Part shown: piece after piece, positions 19,325 through 31,355 of the stretch
How the letters are laid out: the number at the start of each line of letters is the position of its first letter
How positions within the stretch are numbered: the first letter of the stretch is position 1
Virus record (IMG/VR): IMGVR_UViG_3300024935_000002
Length of the DNA: 64,000 nucleotides
DNA from: an uncultured virus (IMG/VR IMGVR_UViG_3300024935_000002)
Lineage: Duplodnaviria; Heunggongvirae; Uroviricota; Caudoviricetes
Direction: 5' to 3' (one strand)
Position numbers and translations under genes: made by a program
Notes under the pieces: model-generated
What the model saw: the letters and a program-made list of their open reading frames with translations, nothing else
Told to the model about the DNA's origin: nothing
Database searches by the model: none

Positions 19325-22300
19325 ATGAACCCTCAGCATCTGAATGACCAACAAGTAGGCCTTGGCGCACCAACTGCAGACAGCACCAAACCTAAAGCTG
19401 ACAACAAATTCCTGAGTGATGCCGAAGCTGGCTTTGAGCCGCCATCCCGTGGCTTCAAAGGCTGGGCAGGCGACGCGCTAGGGGTTGTGGCTCGTGGCGC
19501 TATCTCTGTGCCAGAGGCTGCTGTGGGTCTGCTCGACATCCCCACTGGCGGCGCAGTCGGCAAGGCTCTGGAGAACGAGGGTGGGGCTGTTGGCCTGCGG
19601 TTCAAGCAGGCCAAAGAGGCTGCAAGCGATCTGTTCGACTCGGACGCCACCAAGCAGCAGAACCAGCAATTTCAGCAAGCCGATGGCATCGTAGAGAAGG
19701 CCAAGGTTGCCCTCTCCAACCCGAGTATGGTTGTCCGTGCTATTGGGGAGTCCGTTCCATCCATGGTCGCGGGTGGCGTCGCTGCGCGAGGCCTCATGGC
19801 CGCTACGAAGCTGGGCCAAATGGGCGCCCAGGGTGCGGCTCTGGCAGGTGCCGCCGGTGAGGGCATCACCATGGCGGGCTCTGCGGCCGAGCAGATCCGC
19901 CAGGAAACGAAAGATGGGCTTCTGACCCCTGAGCAGGCGGGGCTGGCGGCTGCAACGGGCGTAGTCGGTGGCGCCATGAGCGCTTTGGGCGGCCGCGTGG
20001 CCAACAAGTTGGGTATCGGTGACGCCGAAACCATGCTGGCCCAGGGCACCAAGGGTATGGCGAAGCAGAACGCCGACGATGCCGCTACCGCCGCCGTCAA
20101 TCCTCTGGTGCAGCAAGCGGCTGCCAAGAGCATTCCGCGCCGCGTGATTGAGGGCGCAATCTCCGAGGGTTTCCTGGAAGAGCTGCCGCAGTCCGTGGCC
20201 GAGCAGATTTTCCAGAACGTGGCGCTTGGCAAGGACTGGCTGACGGATGTGGATTCCGCAGCGGTCATGGGCGTGCTGTCGGGTGGTGCAATGGGTGGCG
20301 CGGCTTCCGGCTATCACGGCTTCAAGCAACCTAAAGCGGAACCAGGTGCGTCGCCTTCCGAGCAATCTGGTGCAGCACCCACTGACACCGGCGCCGCGCC
20401 GCCTAACCTCGGCATGGAGCGTATCCAGCAGGCATTTGCCGCCCAACTGGCGGCGCTGCAGCAGCAGGAGCAAGGCGACCCCAACGTGCCCCAGACCGTG
20501 CCGCCCGATGGCGCTGCAGCGCTGGCGCAGCAGCAGGCCAAGGCCGCCGAGCAGCGCCAGGCCGCCATGGACGCTTCGCGCGCAGTGCAGAGTCCTGACG
20601 ATGAGATTTATCAGTCCACCGGTGCGACCGTGCCGCGCTCCGTGGCCATGGGCTTGGACCCTGCTGCCGGCCCGCTGTCGGCCAGTGCCGCGCTGGCTGT
20701 CGATACCGGCGCCTCAGACCAAGTGCAGCAGGCCCCTGCGCTGGCCCAGGCTGCCGAGGTGGCGCAAAAGCAAGGCAAAAAGCCTGCCCAAGGGGATCAA
20801 AAACAAGAGCAGCCAGCGCTTACTCAGCAAGGCGTAAACCAGGAAACGGGCGAAATTTCGCAGGACTCGCCCATGGAGAGCTGGAGCGATGCCCAGTTGT
20901 CCAACACCTTCCGGGGCGCTCAGTCGCGCGAGGTCCGCATGCAACTGGCCCAGGAGCTGGGCCGCCGGCGTGCGCTGCGTGAGCAGCAGGAGCTGCAGGC
21001 CGAGCTGGATGCAGAGCAGCGCGCCAGCGTGCCCGGCGCAGAGCGCGCCGATGCCGCTTTTGCCTCCCTCACCGAAGACGCCGGCCCGGTACCGACCGAT
21101 TTGACCATTCCCGCAACCACAGAAGGAAACCGCAATGGCCCTCAAGCCGCCCAAGCCCAGCAAGGTAGCGCGCAACCGTCGCAAGTCGGAGCAGCGCCAG
21201 CAGTCGCACTTGGAGCACCAGATGCTCAAGGACGCCCAGGCGCGAATGGCGCGCAGCAAGCAGCCGCTGCAGGCCTGACCGATGGCGCCCCGACTGCGAA
21301 CCCTGGAGCGCAAGCAGCGCCAGCGGCAGGCCCGGAAGCTCAGGCGCCAAGCGGCAAAGTCGAAGCGCTGCGCCAGCAACTGCGCGACGTAGAGGCCAAG
21401 ATCCTCGGTGCTTCCCCGCCCGCGATGGGTCAGGGCGGCGGCGACATCGAGGGGGCCATGAAAAGCCGCAAAGTGCCCGTGACCCTCAAAGCGCAGCGCA
21501 AGAAGCTGGTGGATCAGGTACGCGCGGCACAAGAGTCCGAGGTGAAAACCTTTGCGCCCGAGACAGGGACGTTGGGCATCCCGCGCGAAGAAATGCCGCA
21601 GGTGCCCACGCAATCGCACGGCGGTCTGGTCAAGCACCTGAACGCCCAGGGTATCGCGCACGAAACCACAACGGTGAATGCAGCGGACCTGAAACCCACG
21701 CAGGCGGAATACTCGCCCGCCAAGGTGGAGGCCGCCAAGGCTGCCACCGGGGACCGTGCCGTGATCGTGTCCAGCGATGGGCATGTGATCGACGGGCACC
21801 ACCAAGCCATGGCAGCGGCCGAGGAAGGCAAGCCCGTTAAAGCCATCGTGCTGGATGCACCGGTGGAGCAGGCGCTAGAGGCGCTGAAGAACTCGCCGAG
21901 CGCTCTGGGAAATGAAGAGAATAAGGCCCCGGCGCCTGATAATGTTGCCTCGATTGCTACGAAAAGCGCAGCAAAGAAAAAGGCTGACGAGGCCGCGCCC
22001 GCTGCTCCCACGGAGCCCAAGAAGGACGCTAAGCGCGGCATCCTGGCCAAGAAAGCAGCAGCGGAAGAGGCTGCGCGTGCCGACTATTTCAGCCCTGGGA
22101 ACATCGTCAAGAGCTACGGCGGCCACGACCGCGTGGTGTCTTATCTGCCTGCGGACCAAGACGGGCGCTGGAGCGTGACAGTGCGCCAGGTGCGGCCCCA
22201 GGACGGTAAGTGGATCGATGTTCCAGGCCTGCGCGAGCGCACCCACGCCACCCCGCCTGATGCTCGCGAGTTGAAGGCTGGGCCTGTTTCCCGCGCTGCA

Positions 22301-25300
22301 GTGGCAGAACCGGCGCGATTGGTGCCAGGGCCAGATGCTCAGGACCAGGCCACTGAGCCGGTGCCAGCGGTGGCCAGCGTGCCCACAGACCGCATCACCG
22401 ACTTCGGCGAGAAGATCGGCGGCGCGCGCAAGGACCAGGCCGCCACCAAGGGCGCGAAGGCCGCACGGCCGCGCAGCGCGGATGAGCGCCCCGCCTGGGC
22501 ACGTCGGTATGAGGTCAGCCAGATCGCCAAGAGCAACCGCGTGGGAGAAGAAGGGCGCTGGGTAGTGCATGACACGCGCCGCCTCGATGCTTTCAAGCAG
22601 CCGCGCCAGATGGGGCGCGAATCCTACGCAACGAAGGAAGAGGCCGAGCAGGCCGTGCCGCTGTTGGCGGTCAGCCAGAAACATCGCGTGGTGCCTGCGC
22701 GCGGTGACGGCGCGGGATATGAGATCTGGCGGGACGTGAGCGACCGCAAGCGCGTGAAGGTGGTGGACCAAGTGTTCCCCACGCGCGAAGCCGCTCTGGA
22801 GCACATGGTGGCCAACGCGCAGGCCATCATTGAAACGAACACCACATTTGGCGAAGCGGATCTGCCGCGCCCGCCTTCGGACCAGCGTATTGGCGCGGAG
22901 CGCCGCACGGGCGACGCGCGGGACAGCGATTTCATGGAGGTATTTGGCTTTCGAGGCGTGGAGTTCGGCAACTGGAACAACCAGCAAGAACGTCAGGAGC
23001 TTCTGAACGATGCCTACGATGGGCTGCTGGACCTGGCCGAGGTGATGGACGTGCCCCCGCGCGCGATCAGCCTGAACGGAGAGTTGGCGCTGGCGTTTGG
23101 AGCCCGTGGCCACGGGCTGAGCGGCGCCCGCGCGCACTACGAGCTGGACAAGGTGGTCATCAACCTGACCAAGATGAACGGCGCCGGCTCACTTGCGCAT
23201 GAGTGGTTTCACGCCTTGGATCACTACTTCGGCCGCCAGGACGGCAAGGCCCCTGCCGAGTGGGTGGTGGCCAAGGACGGAACTCGCTCACTGCAGGTGC
23301 ACGACGCACCAGAAGACGACATGGCCAGCGGCGGCACGCGCGGCGAGCGCTCTGGGATGCGCCCAGAACTGCGCGAAGCATTCGCGGAAGTGATGCGCAC
23401 GATTGCGCGCAAGGCAGAGGCCTATGTTGAGGACACAGCGCGCGCCGACCGCTTTGTGGCCGCAGCCCGGGAAGAGGTGAAGCGGCGCCTCGACGGCATC
23501 CGCTCCGACCTGGCTCGCGACCTGGACAGCCGGTATTACAAGCGCCACAACAAAGCCGCCACGGCGGATCAGCTTGCCGAGTTCGACTCGGTGGCCGAGA
23601 AGATCGTCGCGGGAGAGTCGCTGGAGCTGCGGGTGGAGTCCAAGGGCACTGGCCGCTCCATCAGCGCTGGAATCCGCTGGACCAATGACGCGCTCAACCG
23701 CCTGAGTGCTGTGATGAAGGCGGTGCGGGGCCGCCAGGGCTTCTCAGCCGACCAGGACGGCCCACTGGACCGACTGCGCGGCGTTATGCAGAACTACAGC
23801 GCGCGCTTGAAGATGCTGGCCGACGCGCAAGACGCGACGGAGAAGAGCCGCGCTGTGCCTACTGAGTTCGTCATGAACGCCAAGGAGCTGGATCAGGGCC
23901 GTGGGCAGGACTACTGGACCCGCCCGCACGAGTTGGCGGCACGGGCCTTCCAAGGCTATGTGGAAGACAAGATCGCCGAGCGGGGTGGACGCAGTCCCTT
24001 CTTGAACTATGGCCCTGAAAACGCTGCCATTCCCACCCCCTGGGGTTTCAAGCGGCCTTTTCCTGCTGGCGCCGAGCGGGTGGCAATCAACAAGTCTCTG
24101 GACAAGTTGGTGGATGTCATCCAAACCCGTGAGGGCGAAAGCGGGGGCGTAGCACTGTTCCGCCGCGAGGGCTCCGAAAAAGTAGAGCGGGCGGCCGAGT
24201 TCGACGTTGAATCGTTCCTCAAGGTGATGGGGCGCTCGTCGGCCTACTCCGAGGCCGCGCAGCGCCAAGCCATCGACTCTGTTACCGCCACCGTGGATGC
24301 CATCCGCACTGCCTGGGGCCCGAACGCACCCGAGGTGGTGGTGGCCTTCGACATGCAGGACGAGCGCATTCCCGAGGCGGCCCGCAAGGCCGACCTGCGC
24401 CAGCGCAGCGGCGGTGCACGCGGAGCGCCCGAGGGCTTCTACTACCGTGGCAAGGCCTATCTGATGGCCTCTCGCCTGAACACGCCCAACGATGCGGCGC
24501 GCGTGCTGTACCACGAGGTGCTGGGCCACCACGGGCTGCGCGGCAAGTTCGGCCGCGACCTGGACCAGGTGCTGAACCAGATCGCCACCATGCGCAAAGC
24601 CGAGGTGGCCGCCAAGATGCGGGAATACGGCCTGCGCGGGGTGAACAGCCTGAGCGTGCGCGAGGCGGCCGAGGAGGTCCTGGCAGAAATGGCCGAGAAG
24701 AATCCGCAGCTGCCATTCGTGCAGCGGGCGATTTCCGCCATCCGCAACTTTCTGCGCCAGCATGTCCCGGGCTTCCAGAGCCTGCGCCTGACGGACAACG
24801 ACATCATTCAGGCGTACATCCTGCCAGCACGCGGCTGGGTGGTGCGCGGTGGCCCCGATGGTGGCCCCGGTGGTGGGCTTGGCTTCTCTCGTGCCGATGA
24901 AACCCCGCTGCGCCCGGCATCCACATTCACCGAAGCGCGTGAGGCGGCCCAGGAATTCCAGGGTAAGGCTCTGACCAATGAGGCAACGGGGCTGCGGGCA
25001 AATGTGTCTCGCAATACGCTGGACAAGATGCTCAGTCGCAAAGCGGTGGAGAAGTCGGCCAGCGCCCAGGCGCAGTCTCGCGCGGTGGCAAACCTCGACC
25101 GCCTGTACCAAGACGCAATCTTCGGGTGGAGCAAGGAAGACCGGGACGGGAACACCAATGTTCGGGCGGTGCACCGCTTTTTTGTGCCCATGGCCATGGA
25201 TGGGCGCATGCTGATGGCGAAGCTCACCGTGAAAGAAACGGTGGACGCCAATCATGCCAATCCGCTCTACACGGTGGAGGCGGTGGATTTCAACGAAAAA

Positions 25301-28300
25301 TCCCCCGCAGCTGTGTGGGTGGACGCATCTGCCAAAGCCGATGGCATTGACCTGACTTCCATCCGCTCTGCGAGGGACGTTCTCAGTCTAGCGCAGGAGA
25401 TTGAGCAGCGCAACGCCGAGGATGACGGCGGTGCGTTGTTCAGTCGCTCCAAGATGGCAGACATCGGAGGGTCCGCGATGGGGCAGTTGCAGGAGGCCAT
25501 GACCCATCCTGGCAAGGTGTCTCTGTGGGACAAGACCGTGGGCACCATGCGCAACCTGGCCGAGCGCTCGCCGGTGTTCAAGCCGGTGTACGAGGCGGCG
25601 CAGCGCTTCATTGATGACGTGTCCATGCTGGGCAACGACGCTGCCGACCGCGCGCCGCGCTTGCTGCCCCGGGTGGAGACGCTGGCCGACCTCAAGAAAA
25701 AACCGATCACGGCCGCCGACAACCAGGCCGTGGCCAAGCCACTGTTTGAGGGCACGCTGCTGTGGGCGCGCGATGTGGACGGCACGCCCGTGACCACCGA
25801 GGCCCTGAATGCGAAGTACCGCAACACCACGCCCGACGAGAAGGCGCAAATCCTGCTGCGCACCGGGAAGATTCAGGAGCAGATGCTCAAGGCGTGGCGC
25901 GGCCTGCCGGTGGATCAGTACAACACCATCATCGATAACAAATTTGATAGCACTATCCTCAAGCCGGGCGTGATCTGGAGTGAAAAAGAGCTGAAAGAAT
26001 TGTTCGGCCTGAACGCCCAGCAGGTGAGCCTGTACCAGGAGGCACGCGCCGCGATTGATCGCTCGCTGGACATGACCGCACGTGCCGACATGCTGCGCGC
26101 CATGGGCGCCGGATATGCCGATCTGCGCGAGGCGGTCCTGGCCCAAGCCACCGTGGAAGACGCGATGGTGCTCATCACGGACACGCTGCAGGCCGAGGCC
26201 CGGGAGTTCCCCGATCAGGCCGACCGCATCCTGCGCCTGAACAACGCCGTGGTGAAAAGCTACGAACGCGCCAAGGCGCTGATGGATGCGGGCTACGCGC
26301 CGCTGTCGCGCTTTGGCCGCTACACCGTGGACGTGGTGGGCAAGGACGGCACACGCGAGTATTTCGGCATGTTTGAGTCTATGTACGAGTCCAACAAGAT
26401 GAAGGCCGCCATGGTGAAGGAATTCCCGGGCGCCACCATCACCCAGGGCACCATGAGCGACGAGGCATTCAAGCTGTTCCAGGGCATCACCCCGGAGAGC
26501 TTGGAGCACTTCGGCGAAATGCTGGGCCTGAGCGGTGAGGGCACGGACCCGAAGGACAAGGCATTCCAGGCCTATCTGCAGCTGGCGAAGAACAACCACA
26601 GCGCGCTCAAGCGCCTGATCCACCGCAAGGGCATCAGCGGATACAGCGAGGACGTGGGCCGGGTGCTGGCGAGCTTTGTGTACTCCAATGCCCGCCTGGC
26701 GGCCGGGGGCCTGAACGCGGGCACGCTGGAAGCCGCCATCGAGGGCATCCCGAAGGAGCAGGGCGAGCTGCGCGATGTGGCCATGGGCCTGCGCAGCTAC
26801 ATCCAAGATCCCCAGGAGGAAGGCCAAGCCGTGCGCGGCATGTTGTTCGCGCAGTACCTGGGCGGCTCCGTGGCTTCGGCCATGGTCAACATGACCCAGC
26901 CATTTCAGATCACCATGCCCTGGCTGTCCCAGTTCGGGGGCATGCGCAGCGCAGCCTCGCACCTGGCTGCTGCAGTGCGCGACATGACCCGCCGCAACAG
27001 CTACGAGCCAGACCTTGCCAAGGCGCTGCAAACGGCCGAGGCCGAGGGCATCGTGTCGCCCCAGGAAATCCACCAGCTGATGGCGCAGGCCCGGGGCGCG
27101 GGTTCGCTGCGCACCGGTGACGGTACCAAGCTGGGCGACGCCCGCGCTGCGGCGGCCAACAACTGGGAGCGCGTCAAGGTGGCATGGGGCCAGCCCTTCG
27201 CCCTGGCCGAGCAGTTCAACCGGCGCAGCACCTTCATCGCCGCCTACCGCATCGCCAAGGAGCAGGGCATGGCCGATCCGGCGAAGTTTGCCGAGCGCGC
27301 AGTGCAGGAAACGCAGTTCGTGTATTCCAAGGCCAACAAGCCGAAGTGGGCACGCGGCACCATCGGCGGCACGCTATTCACCTTCAAGACCTATTCGGTC
27401 AGCTATCTGGAGCTGATGCACCGCATGTGGACTCAGGGAGGCCCCGAGGGCAAGCGTGCTGTGGGATGGGCCGTGGCCATGCTGCTGCTGATGGGTGGTG
27501 CTGGTGGCCTGCCGTTCATGGAAGACGCCGAGGATCTGATCGACGGCGCCGGCCAGCTCATGGGCTACAACATCAGCACCAAGCACTGGCGCAAGCAGGC
27601 GCTGCGCGATGTGGTGGGCAAGGAGCTGGCCGACTTCATGGAGCAGGGCGTGTCCGGCTTGCCTGGCGCCCCCATCGACGTGTCTGGCCGCCTGGGCATG
27701 GGCAACCTGATCCCCGGTACCGGACTGCTGCTGTCCAAGCAGAACCGCGAGCGCGATCTGCTGGAGGTGGCGGGGCCTGCGGGCGACCTGGTGGCTCGCG
27801 GCTTCACGGGGGCACGCAAGGTGCTGACGGGCGACGTAGCCGGCGCGGCGCTGGAGGTGTCCCCAGCGGCGGTGCGCAACTGGGCCAAGGGCATCGACAT
27901 GGGGACCAGTGGCATCTACAAGGACGCCAAGGGCTACAAGGTCATTGACACCACGCTGGATGAGGCAATTGCGAAGTTCGCGGGCTTCCAGCCCAAGAGC
28001 GTGGCCGAGGTACAGGAGGCCAACTCCTTCATGCAGCGCTCCAAGAGCTTCTACATCCAGACCAGCAATGACATCAAGGCGCAGTGGGCGCAGGCTGTCT
28101 TTGAGAAGGATGACGATGCCCTACAGCGGGTGCGTGACCGCCTGGCCGCCTGGAACCGGAACAACCCGGACCAGACCATCGTGGTGAAGATCCCAGACGT
28201 GATGAAGCGGGTGCGCGAAATGGGCAAGGACCGCACTGCACGGATCGCAGACACGGCACCCAAGGCGCTGCGCCAGCAGATGCGGGATATGGCACGAGAG

Positions 28301-28309
28301 AACGGGTAA
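19325..28309 (+). CDS. Giant polyvalent virion/ejection protein (ParB-like, LPD1/metallopeptidase, second zincin, LPD3-like, PLxRFG), 2994 aa
   Basis: [45 protein letters not shown] and YAPLSRFG motifs. Confidence 0.8.
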   Translation: MNPQHLNDQQVGLGAPTADSTKPKADNKFLSDAEAGFEPPSRGFKGWAGDALGVVARGAISVPEAAVGLLDIPTGGAVGKALENEGGAVGLRFKQAKEAASDLFDSDATKQQNQQFQQADGIVEKAKVALSNPSMVVRAIGESVPSMVAGGVAARGLMAATKLGQMGAQGAALAGAAGEGITMAGSAAEQIRQETKDGLLTPEQAGLAAATGVVGGAMSALGGRVANKLGIGDAETMLAQGTKGMAKQNADDAATAAVNPLVQQAAAKSIPRRVIEGAISEGFLEELPQSVAEQIFQNVALGKDWLTDVDSAAVMGVLSGGAMGGAASGYHGFKQPKAEPGASPSEQSGAAPTDTGAAPPNLGMERIQQAFAAQLAALQQQEQGDPNVPQTVPPDGAAALAQQQAKAAEQRQAAMDASRAVQSPDDEIYQSTGATVPRSVAMGLDPAAGPLSASAALAVDTGASDQVQQAPALAQAAEVAQKQGKKPAQGDQKQEQPALTQQGVNQETGEISQDSPMESWSDAQLSNTFRGAQSREVRMQLAQELGRRRALREQQELQAELDAEQRASVPGAERADAAFASLTEDAGPVPTDLTIPATTEGNRNGPQAAQAQQGSAQPSQVGAAPAVALGAPDAQGRPGANGAQQAAAAGLTDGAPTANPGAQAAPAAGPEAQAPSGKVEALRQQLRDVEAKILGASPPAMGQGGGDIEGAMKSRKVPVTLKAQRKKLVDQVRAAQESEVKTFAPETGTLGIPREEMPQVPTQSHGGLVKHLNAQGIAHETTTVNAADLKPTQAEYSPAKVEAAKAATGDRAVIVSSDGHVIDGHHQAMAAAEEGKPVKAIVLDAPVEQALEALKNSPSALGNEENKAPAPDNVASIATKSAAKKKADEAAPAAPTEPKKDAKRGILAKKAAAEEAARADYFSPGNIVKSYGGHDRVVSYLPADQDGRWSVTVRQVRPQDGKWIDVPGLRERTHATPPDARELKAGPVSRAAVAEPARLVPGPDAQDQATEPVPAVASVPTDRITDFGEKIGGARKDQAATKGAKAARPRSADERPAWARRYEVSQIAKSNRVGEEGRWVVHDTRRLDAFKQPRQMGRESYATKEEAEQAVPLLAVSQKHRVVPARGDGAGYEIWRDVSDRKRVKVVDQVFPTREAALEHMVANAQAIIETNTTFGEADLPRPPSDQRIGAERRTGDARDSDFMEVFGFRGVEFGNWNNQQERQELLNDAYDGLLDLAEVMDVPPRAISLNGELALAFGARGHGLSGARAHYELDKVVINLTKMNGAGSLAHEWFHALDHYFGRQDGKAPAEWVVAKDGTRSLQVHDAPEDDMASGGTRGERSGMRPELREAFAEVMRTIARKAEAYVEDTARADRFVAAAREEVKRRLDGIRSDLARDLDSRYYKRHNKAATADQLAEFDSVAEKIVAGESLELRVESKGTGRSISAGIRWTNDALNRLSAVMKAVRGRQGFSADQDGPLDRLRGVMQNYSARLKMLADAQDATEKSRAVPTEFVMNAKELDQGRGQDYWTRPHELAARAFQGYVEDKIAERGGRSPFLNYGPENAAIPTPWGFKRPFPAGAERVAINKSLDKLVDVIQTREGESGGVALFRREGSEKVERAAEFDVESFLKVMGRSSAYSEAAQRQAIDSVTATVDAIRTAWGPNAPEVVVAFDMQDERIPEAARKADLRQRSGGARGAPEGFYYRGKAYLMASRLNTPNDAARVLYHEVLGHHGLRGKFGRDLDQVLNQIATMRKAEVAAKMREYGLRGVNSLSVREAAEEVLAEMAEKNPQLPFVQRAISAIRNFLRQHVPGFQSLRLTDNDIIQAYILPARGWVVRGGPDGGPGGGLGFSRADETPLRPASTFTEAREAAQEFQGKALTNEATGLRANVSRNTLDKMLSRKAVEKSASAQAQSRAVANLDRLYQDAIFGWSKEDRDGNTNVRAVHRFFVPMAMDGRMLMAKLTVKETVDANHANPLYTVEAVDFNEKSPAAVWVDASAKADGIDLTSIRSARDVLSLAQEIEQRNAEDDGGALFSRSKMADIGGSAMGQLQEAMTHPGKVSLWDKTVGTMRNLAERSPVFKPVYEAAQRFIDDVSMLGNDAADRAPRLLPRVETLADLKKKPITAADNQAVAKPLFEGTLLWARDVDGTPVTTEALNAKYRNTTPDEKAQILLRTGKIQEQMLKAWRGLPVDQYNTIIDNKFDSTILKPGVIWSEKELKELFGLNAQQVSLYQEARAAIDRSLDMTARADMLRAMGAGYADLREAVLAQATVEDAMVLITDTLQAEAREFPDQADRILRLNNAVVKSYERAKALMDAGYAPLSRFGRYTVDVVGKDGTREYFGMFESMYESNKMKAAMVKEFPGATITQGTMSDEAFKLFQGITPESLEHFGEMLGLSGEGTDPKDKAFQAYLQLAKNNHSALKRLIHRKGISGYSEDVGRVLASFVYSNARLAAGGLNAGTLEAAIEGIPKEQGELRDVAMGLRSYIQDPQEEGQAVRGMLFAQYLGGSVASAMVNMTQPFQITMPWLSQFGGMRSAASHLAAAVRDMTRRNSYEPDLAKALQTAEAEGIVSPQEIHQLMAQARGAGSLRTGDGTKLGDARAAAANNWERVKVAWGQPFALAEQFNRRSTFIAAYRIAKEQGMADPAKFAERAVQETQFVYSKANKPKWARGTIGGTLFTFKTYSVSYLELMHRMWTQGGPEGKRAVGWAVAMLLLMGGAGGLPFMEDAEDLIDGAGQLMGYNISTKHWRKQALRDVVGKELADFMEQGVSGLPGAPIDVSGRLGMGNLIPGTGLLLSKQNRERDLLEVAGPAGDLVARGFTGARKVLTGDVAGAALEVSPAAVRNWAKGIDMGTSGIYKDAKGYKVIDTTLDEAIAKFAGFQPKSVAEVQEANSFMQRSKSFYIQTSNDIKAQWAQAVFEKDDDALQRVRDRLAAWNRNNPDQTIVVKIPDVMKRVREMGKDRTARIADTAPKALRQQMRDMARENG

Positions 28310-28313
28310 CCCG

Positions 28314-28351
28314 GTATAGGGTTTGTCCACATGCCCTGCAGCCGGAAAACT
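28314..28351 (+). promoter_or_regulatory. Late promoter motif copy 6 (GTATAGGGT-N23-AAAACT)
   Basis: Conserved spacing; ATG 28359 follows. Confidence 0.75.
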
Positions 28352-28358
28352 GCAGGGC

Positions 28359-28703
28359 ATGAACACGCCGATCAAGAGCAACCTCACGATCTACAAGCGC
28401 GGCACTTACAGAAAGCGCTGGCGCTGGAAGACGCCTAGCGGGACCCCTGTGGACCTGACAGGGTGCGGAGCGCGTATGCAGATCCGTTCTGATGAAGGCG
28501 CACTGCTGCTCGATTTGACCGCCTTCATCACTCTCGGCGGTGTGAATGGAACAGTGGACCTCGTTATCCCTGATGAAGACACCGGCGCTATCGAGTGGGA
28601 GAGCGGCATCTATGACTTGCTGATTGACCATCCAGGCGGCGATGTCACTCCGTTTGCCGCTGGCAGCGTAGGCATCCGCGAAGGTTCAACCCATGTCGTC
28701 TAA
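28359..28703 (+). CDS. Tail-fibre-associated Ig-like protein
   Basis: PVDLTGCGARMQIR...GIYDL pattern. Confidence 0.6.
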   Translation: MNTPIKSNLTIYKRGTYRKRWRWKTPSGTPVDLTGCGARMQIRSDEGALLLDLTAFITLGGVNGTVDLVIPDEDTGAIEWESGIYDLLIDHPGGDVTPFAAGSVGIREGSTHVV

Positions 28704-29043
28704 CTGCGCTTGCGTTGAGGAAGTGCTGACCGATGTCGTCATCGACGAGGTTGAAAGCACTGTCGTTGACGAGGTTGAGATTACGGAGGTTGTGGCTGTT
28801 GCAGAGCAGGGCCCCCCAGGACCTCCTGGCCCGCCGGGACCAGCTGGCGGTGCCACATACACCCACACGCAGGCAATCCCTTCCGCTGTCTGGACAGTGG
28901 CTCACAACTTGTCGCGGCGCCCTTCCGTCGCGGTCACTGACCACCTGGGCAATCTGCTCGCCGCTGACGTTCTGTATGTGGACGCCGACATCGTGCAGGT
29001 TACCCACGGGGCGCCCTACATCGGCTACGCCTACTGCAACTGA
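28693..29043 (+). CDS. Short collagen-like fibre protein
   Basis: QGPPGPPGPPGPAG and YTHTQ...WTVAHNL. Confidence 0.65.
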   Translation: MSSNCACVEEVLTDVVIDEVESTVVDEVEITEVVAVAEQGPPGPPGPPGPAGGATYTHTQAIPSAVWTVAHNLSRRPSVAVTDHLGNLLAADVLYVDADIVQVTHGAPYIGYAYCN

Positions 29044-29054
29044 GGAATCAGACC

Positions 29055-29780
29055 ATGAAAATTACCAATATCTTTGACGCCAACGGCAACCGCCTGGCGA
29101 ATTTGCAGGACGCTGTGAACCCGCAAGACGCGGTGACGAAGGCCCAGCTCGATGCCCAGGCCCAGGGCTTCAAGTGGAAAGAGCCAGTGCGCGCGGCAAC
29201 CACGGCCAACATCACCCTGTCGGGCGCCCAGACCATCGATGGCGTGAGCGTGGTGGCTGGGGACCGCGTGCTGGTGAAAGACCAGTCCAGCGGCTCCGCC
29301 AACGGCATCTACGTGGCAGCCTCGGGCAGCTGGACCCGTGCCACCGACTTCGATATTGCCGCCGAGGTGCTTGGAGCCACGGTGTTCGTGTCCGAGGGCA
29401 CCACCAACGGCAACGCCCAGTTCAAGATGACCACCGATGCGCCCATCACGCTGGGCACTACGGCGCTGGTCTGGGTGCAGGTGGGCGGAGGCACCAGCTA
29501 CACGGCAGGGCTGGGCATTGCCGCCATCACTGGCGGCGTGATTGCCATCGACACTGCGGTGGTGGCGCGCAAAGTGGGTGCGACTGTTGGTGACGGCACC
29601 GCCACGACCATCACCGTCACCCACAACCTGAACACCAAGGACGTTTCCGTGAGCGTGCGAGAGGTCAGTAGCGATGCCGGTGTGCTGTGCGACTGGGTGG
29701 CCAATGGGGTCAACACGATCCAGCTCACTTTCTCCACAGCGCCAACCGTTGGTCAATATCGCGTCTTTGTGGTGGCCTGA
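29055..29780 (+). CDS. Tail/head fibre protein
   Basis: DAVTKAQLD, LSGAQTIDGV, GDRVLVKDQ, NGIYV motifs. Confidence 0.7.
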   Translation: MKITNIFDANGNRLANLQDAVNPQDAVTKAQLDAQAQGFKWKEPVRAATTANITLSGAQTIDGVSVVAGDRVLVKDQSSGSANGIYVAASGSWTRATDFDIAAEVLGATVFVSEGTTNGNAQFKMTTDAPITLGTTALVWVQVGGGTSYTAGLGIAAITGGVIAIDTAVVARKVGATVGDGTATTITVTHNLNTKDVSVSVREVSSDAGVLCDWVANGVNTIQLTFSTAPTVGQYRVFVVA

Positions 29781-30400
29781 TGAAGCACGTCGGCGCCAAT
29801 CTCTCGTTCGATAAGGGCTATGTGATGTCTGGCCCGAATGTGCTCGTGGCCAACAAAGTGCTCACAGGCACGCTACTGCCATTCGCCGGGAATTGGTACC
29901 GGCTGTGCTCCATGTCGAACTCAAACGCTGGCTACATGGCCGAGTTCTACCTGGTCATCCCGACGCGCCATGTGATGCTGAAAGTGACGTTTGCAAAAAC
30001 CACGCAGGGCGCTGCTTACGGCTCCGGCATCCTCAAAGTGGAACTGCTCGGCTCGTACAACTACGGTCACGCGCATCCGTATCTTTGGCGCGTCGTTGAC
30101 AACGGCACCAACGGCCAGACGTTTGTTGACATCCGCTTTCCGAATGCCGATGGCACCAGTTCATTCGCCTACCAGGTGCACCTACTGGCATCGATCCAGA
30201 ACGGCACGGCCATCGATTTTCCGCTTAGCTCGCAAGGGTCGGGGGTTGGCTCGGGCATTCTGAACTTCGGGGTCAGCATGGGCTCCGGTGCCGGGGAGGG
30301 GTGGACATCGCAGCAGGTGACGCTCAACGCAACAAATGGCGCCTATGAGGCATTGAGCAACACATTTGCCCGCACTGTCGGGACCGCATCTGGGTACTGA
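29780..30400 (+). CDS. Probable receptor-binding/fibre tip protein
   Basis: TGATG overlap; beta-rich; precedes the chaperone gene. Confidence 0.5.
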   Translation: MKHVGANLSFDKGYVMSGPNVLVANKVLTGTLLPFAGNWYRLCSMSNSNAGYMAEFYLVIPTRHVMLKVTFAKTTQGAAYGSGILKVELLGSYNYGHAHPYLWRVVDNGTNGQTFVDIRFPNADGTSSFAYQVHLLASIQNGTAIDFPLSSQGSGVGSGILNFGVSMGSGAGEGWTSQQVTLNATNGAYEALSNTFARTVGTASGY

Positions 30401-30402
30401 CC

Positions 30403-31008
30403 ATGATCCTCATTGATGTACTCAAGAGCGATGACCCGCCATCCATTGAACTAGTTTGGAGCACTGCCGAGGGGGAGTTGCGCCACGGCTACTCCAATTC
30501 GGCCATGAGACAACTGCGCGCCGTGCTGGGCGATCAGGCTGCTCCATACGAGGCACTGATTGCAGAGGTGGAGGCGTCCTATGTCTCGCCGCCAATCGAG
30601 CAGCGCCGCGCCGCAGCCTGGGAGGCCATCAAAGCCGAGCGCGACCGCCGCGCTGCCCTGGGCGTCAAGGTCGGGGCGCACTGGTTCCACAGCGACGAGA
30701 AGAGCCGCATCCAGCAGCTCGCGCTGACCTCGGCCACGCTCGTGATTCCGCCCGGGCTGCAGTGGAAGACGCTGACGTTCGTCCCCCAACCCGTGTTTGT
30801 GGTGATGACCCGTGATCTGGCAATCCAGATCGTGCAGGCCACGGCGGCCAGCGACTCAGCCATTTTCATGGCGGCTGAGATCCACCGGATGACCATGGAA
30901 GCGAGCCCAGACCCGGGCAGCTACGACTACAGCGGGGGTTGGCCCGCATCTATCGAGGACGAAGCAAATGACGCAGGTTTCCAGTTCGACGCCGCCCGGT
31001 CGGCTTAA
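30403..31008 (+). CDS. DUF4376-like tail fibre assembly protein
   Basis: WEAIKAERDRR...GAHWFHSD...WKT...YDYSGGWP. Confidence 0.7.
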   Translation: MILIDVLKSDDPPSIELVWSTAEGELRHGYSNSAMRQLRAVLGDQAAPYEALIAEVEASYVSPPIEQRRAAAWEAIKAERDRRAALGVKVGAHWFHSDEKSRIQQLALTSATLVIPPGLQWKTLTFVPQPVFVVMTRDLAIQIVQATAASDSAIFMAAEIHRMTMEASPDPGSYDYSGGWPASIEDEANDAGFQFDAARSA

Positions 31009-31333
31009 ACGCATCGCTGCACTGGCTCTCGCCTACGGGCAGCAGGTGTTCATTGGCGTGGATCAGCTCGTCAATGCCCTGATCCCGCCGCTGGACGGCA
31101 CTGTGAGCTACGCGGACGAAACGCTGTCTGCGCGCGCGTACCGCGCTCACCGCGACGGGAAGGTGCTGGGCAAGTTGTTCATGCCCATCATCAACCTCCT
31201 GTTCTTTTGGCAGGGCCCGGACCATTGCAAGAACGCCTACACCAAGGAGTTCGACCGCAAGAACTACCCGAGCGAGTACCACCCGCCGAACCAGCCGCGC
31301 TACACCTCGCGCAGCAGCGGTACCCCTTCGTAG
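30968..31333 (+). CDS. Conserved phage membrane protein
   Basis: IGVDQLVNAL...DETLSARAYR...DHC motif. Confidence 0.65.
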   Translation: MTQVSSSTPPGRLKRIAALALAYGQQVFIGVDQLVNALIPPLDGTVSYADETLSARAYRAHRDGKVLGKLFMPIINLLFFWQGPDHCKNAYTKEFDRKNYPSEYHPPNQPRYTSRSSGTPS

Positions 31334-31355
31334 CGCCTTTCATTCTGTCCGCCCT

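Noticed and set aside
28359..31008. Possible tail-fibre diversification (DGR or inversion)
   Set aside because: No reverse transcriptase, template repeat, invertase or flanking inverted repeats seen
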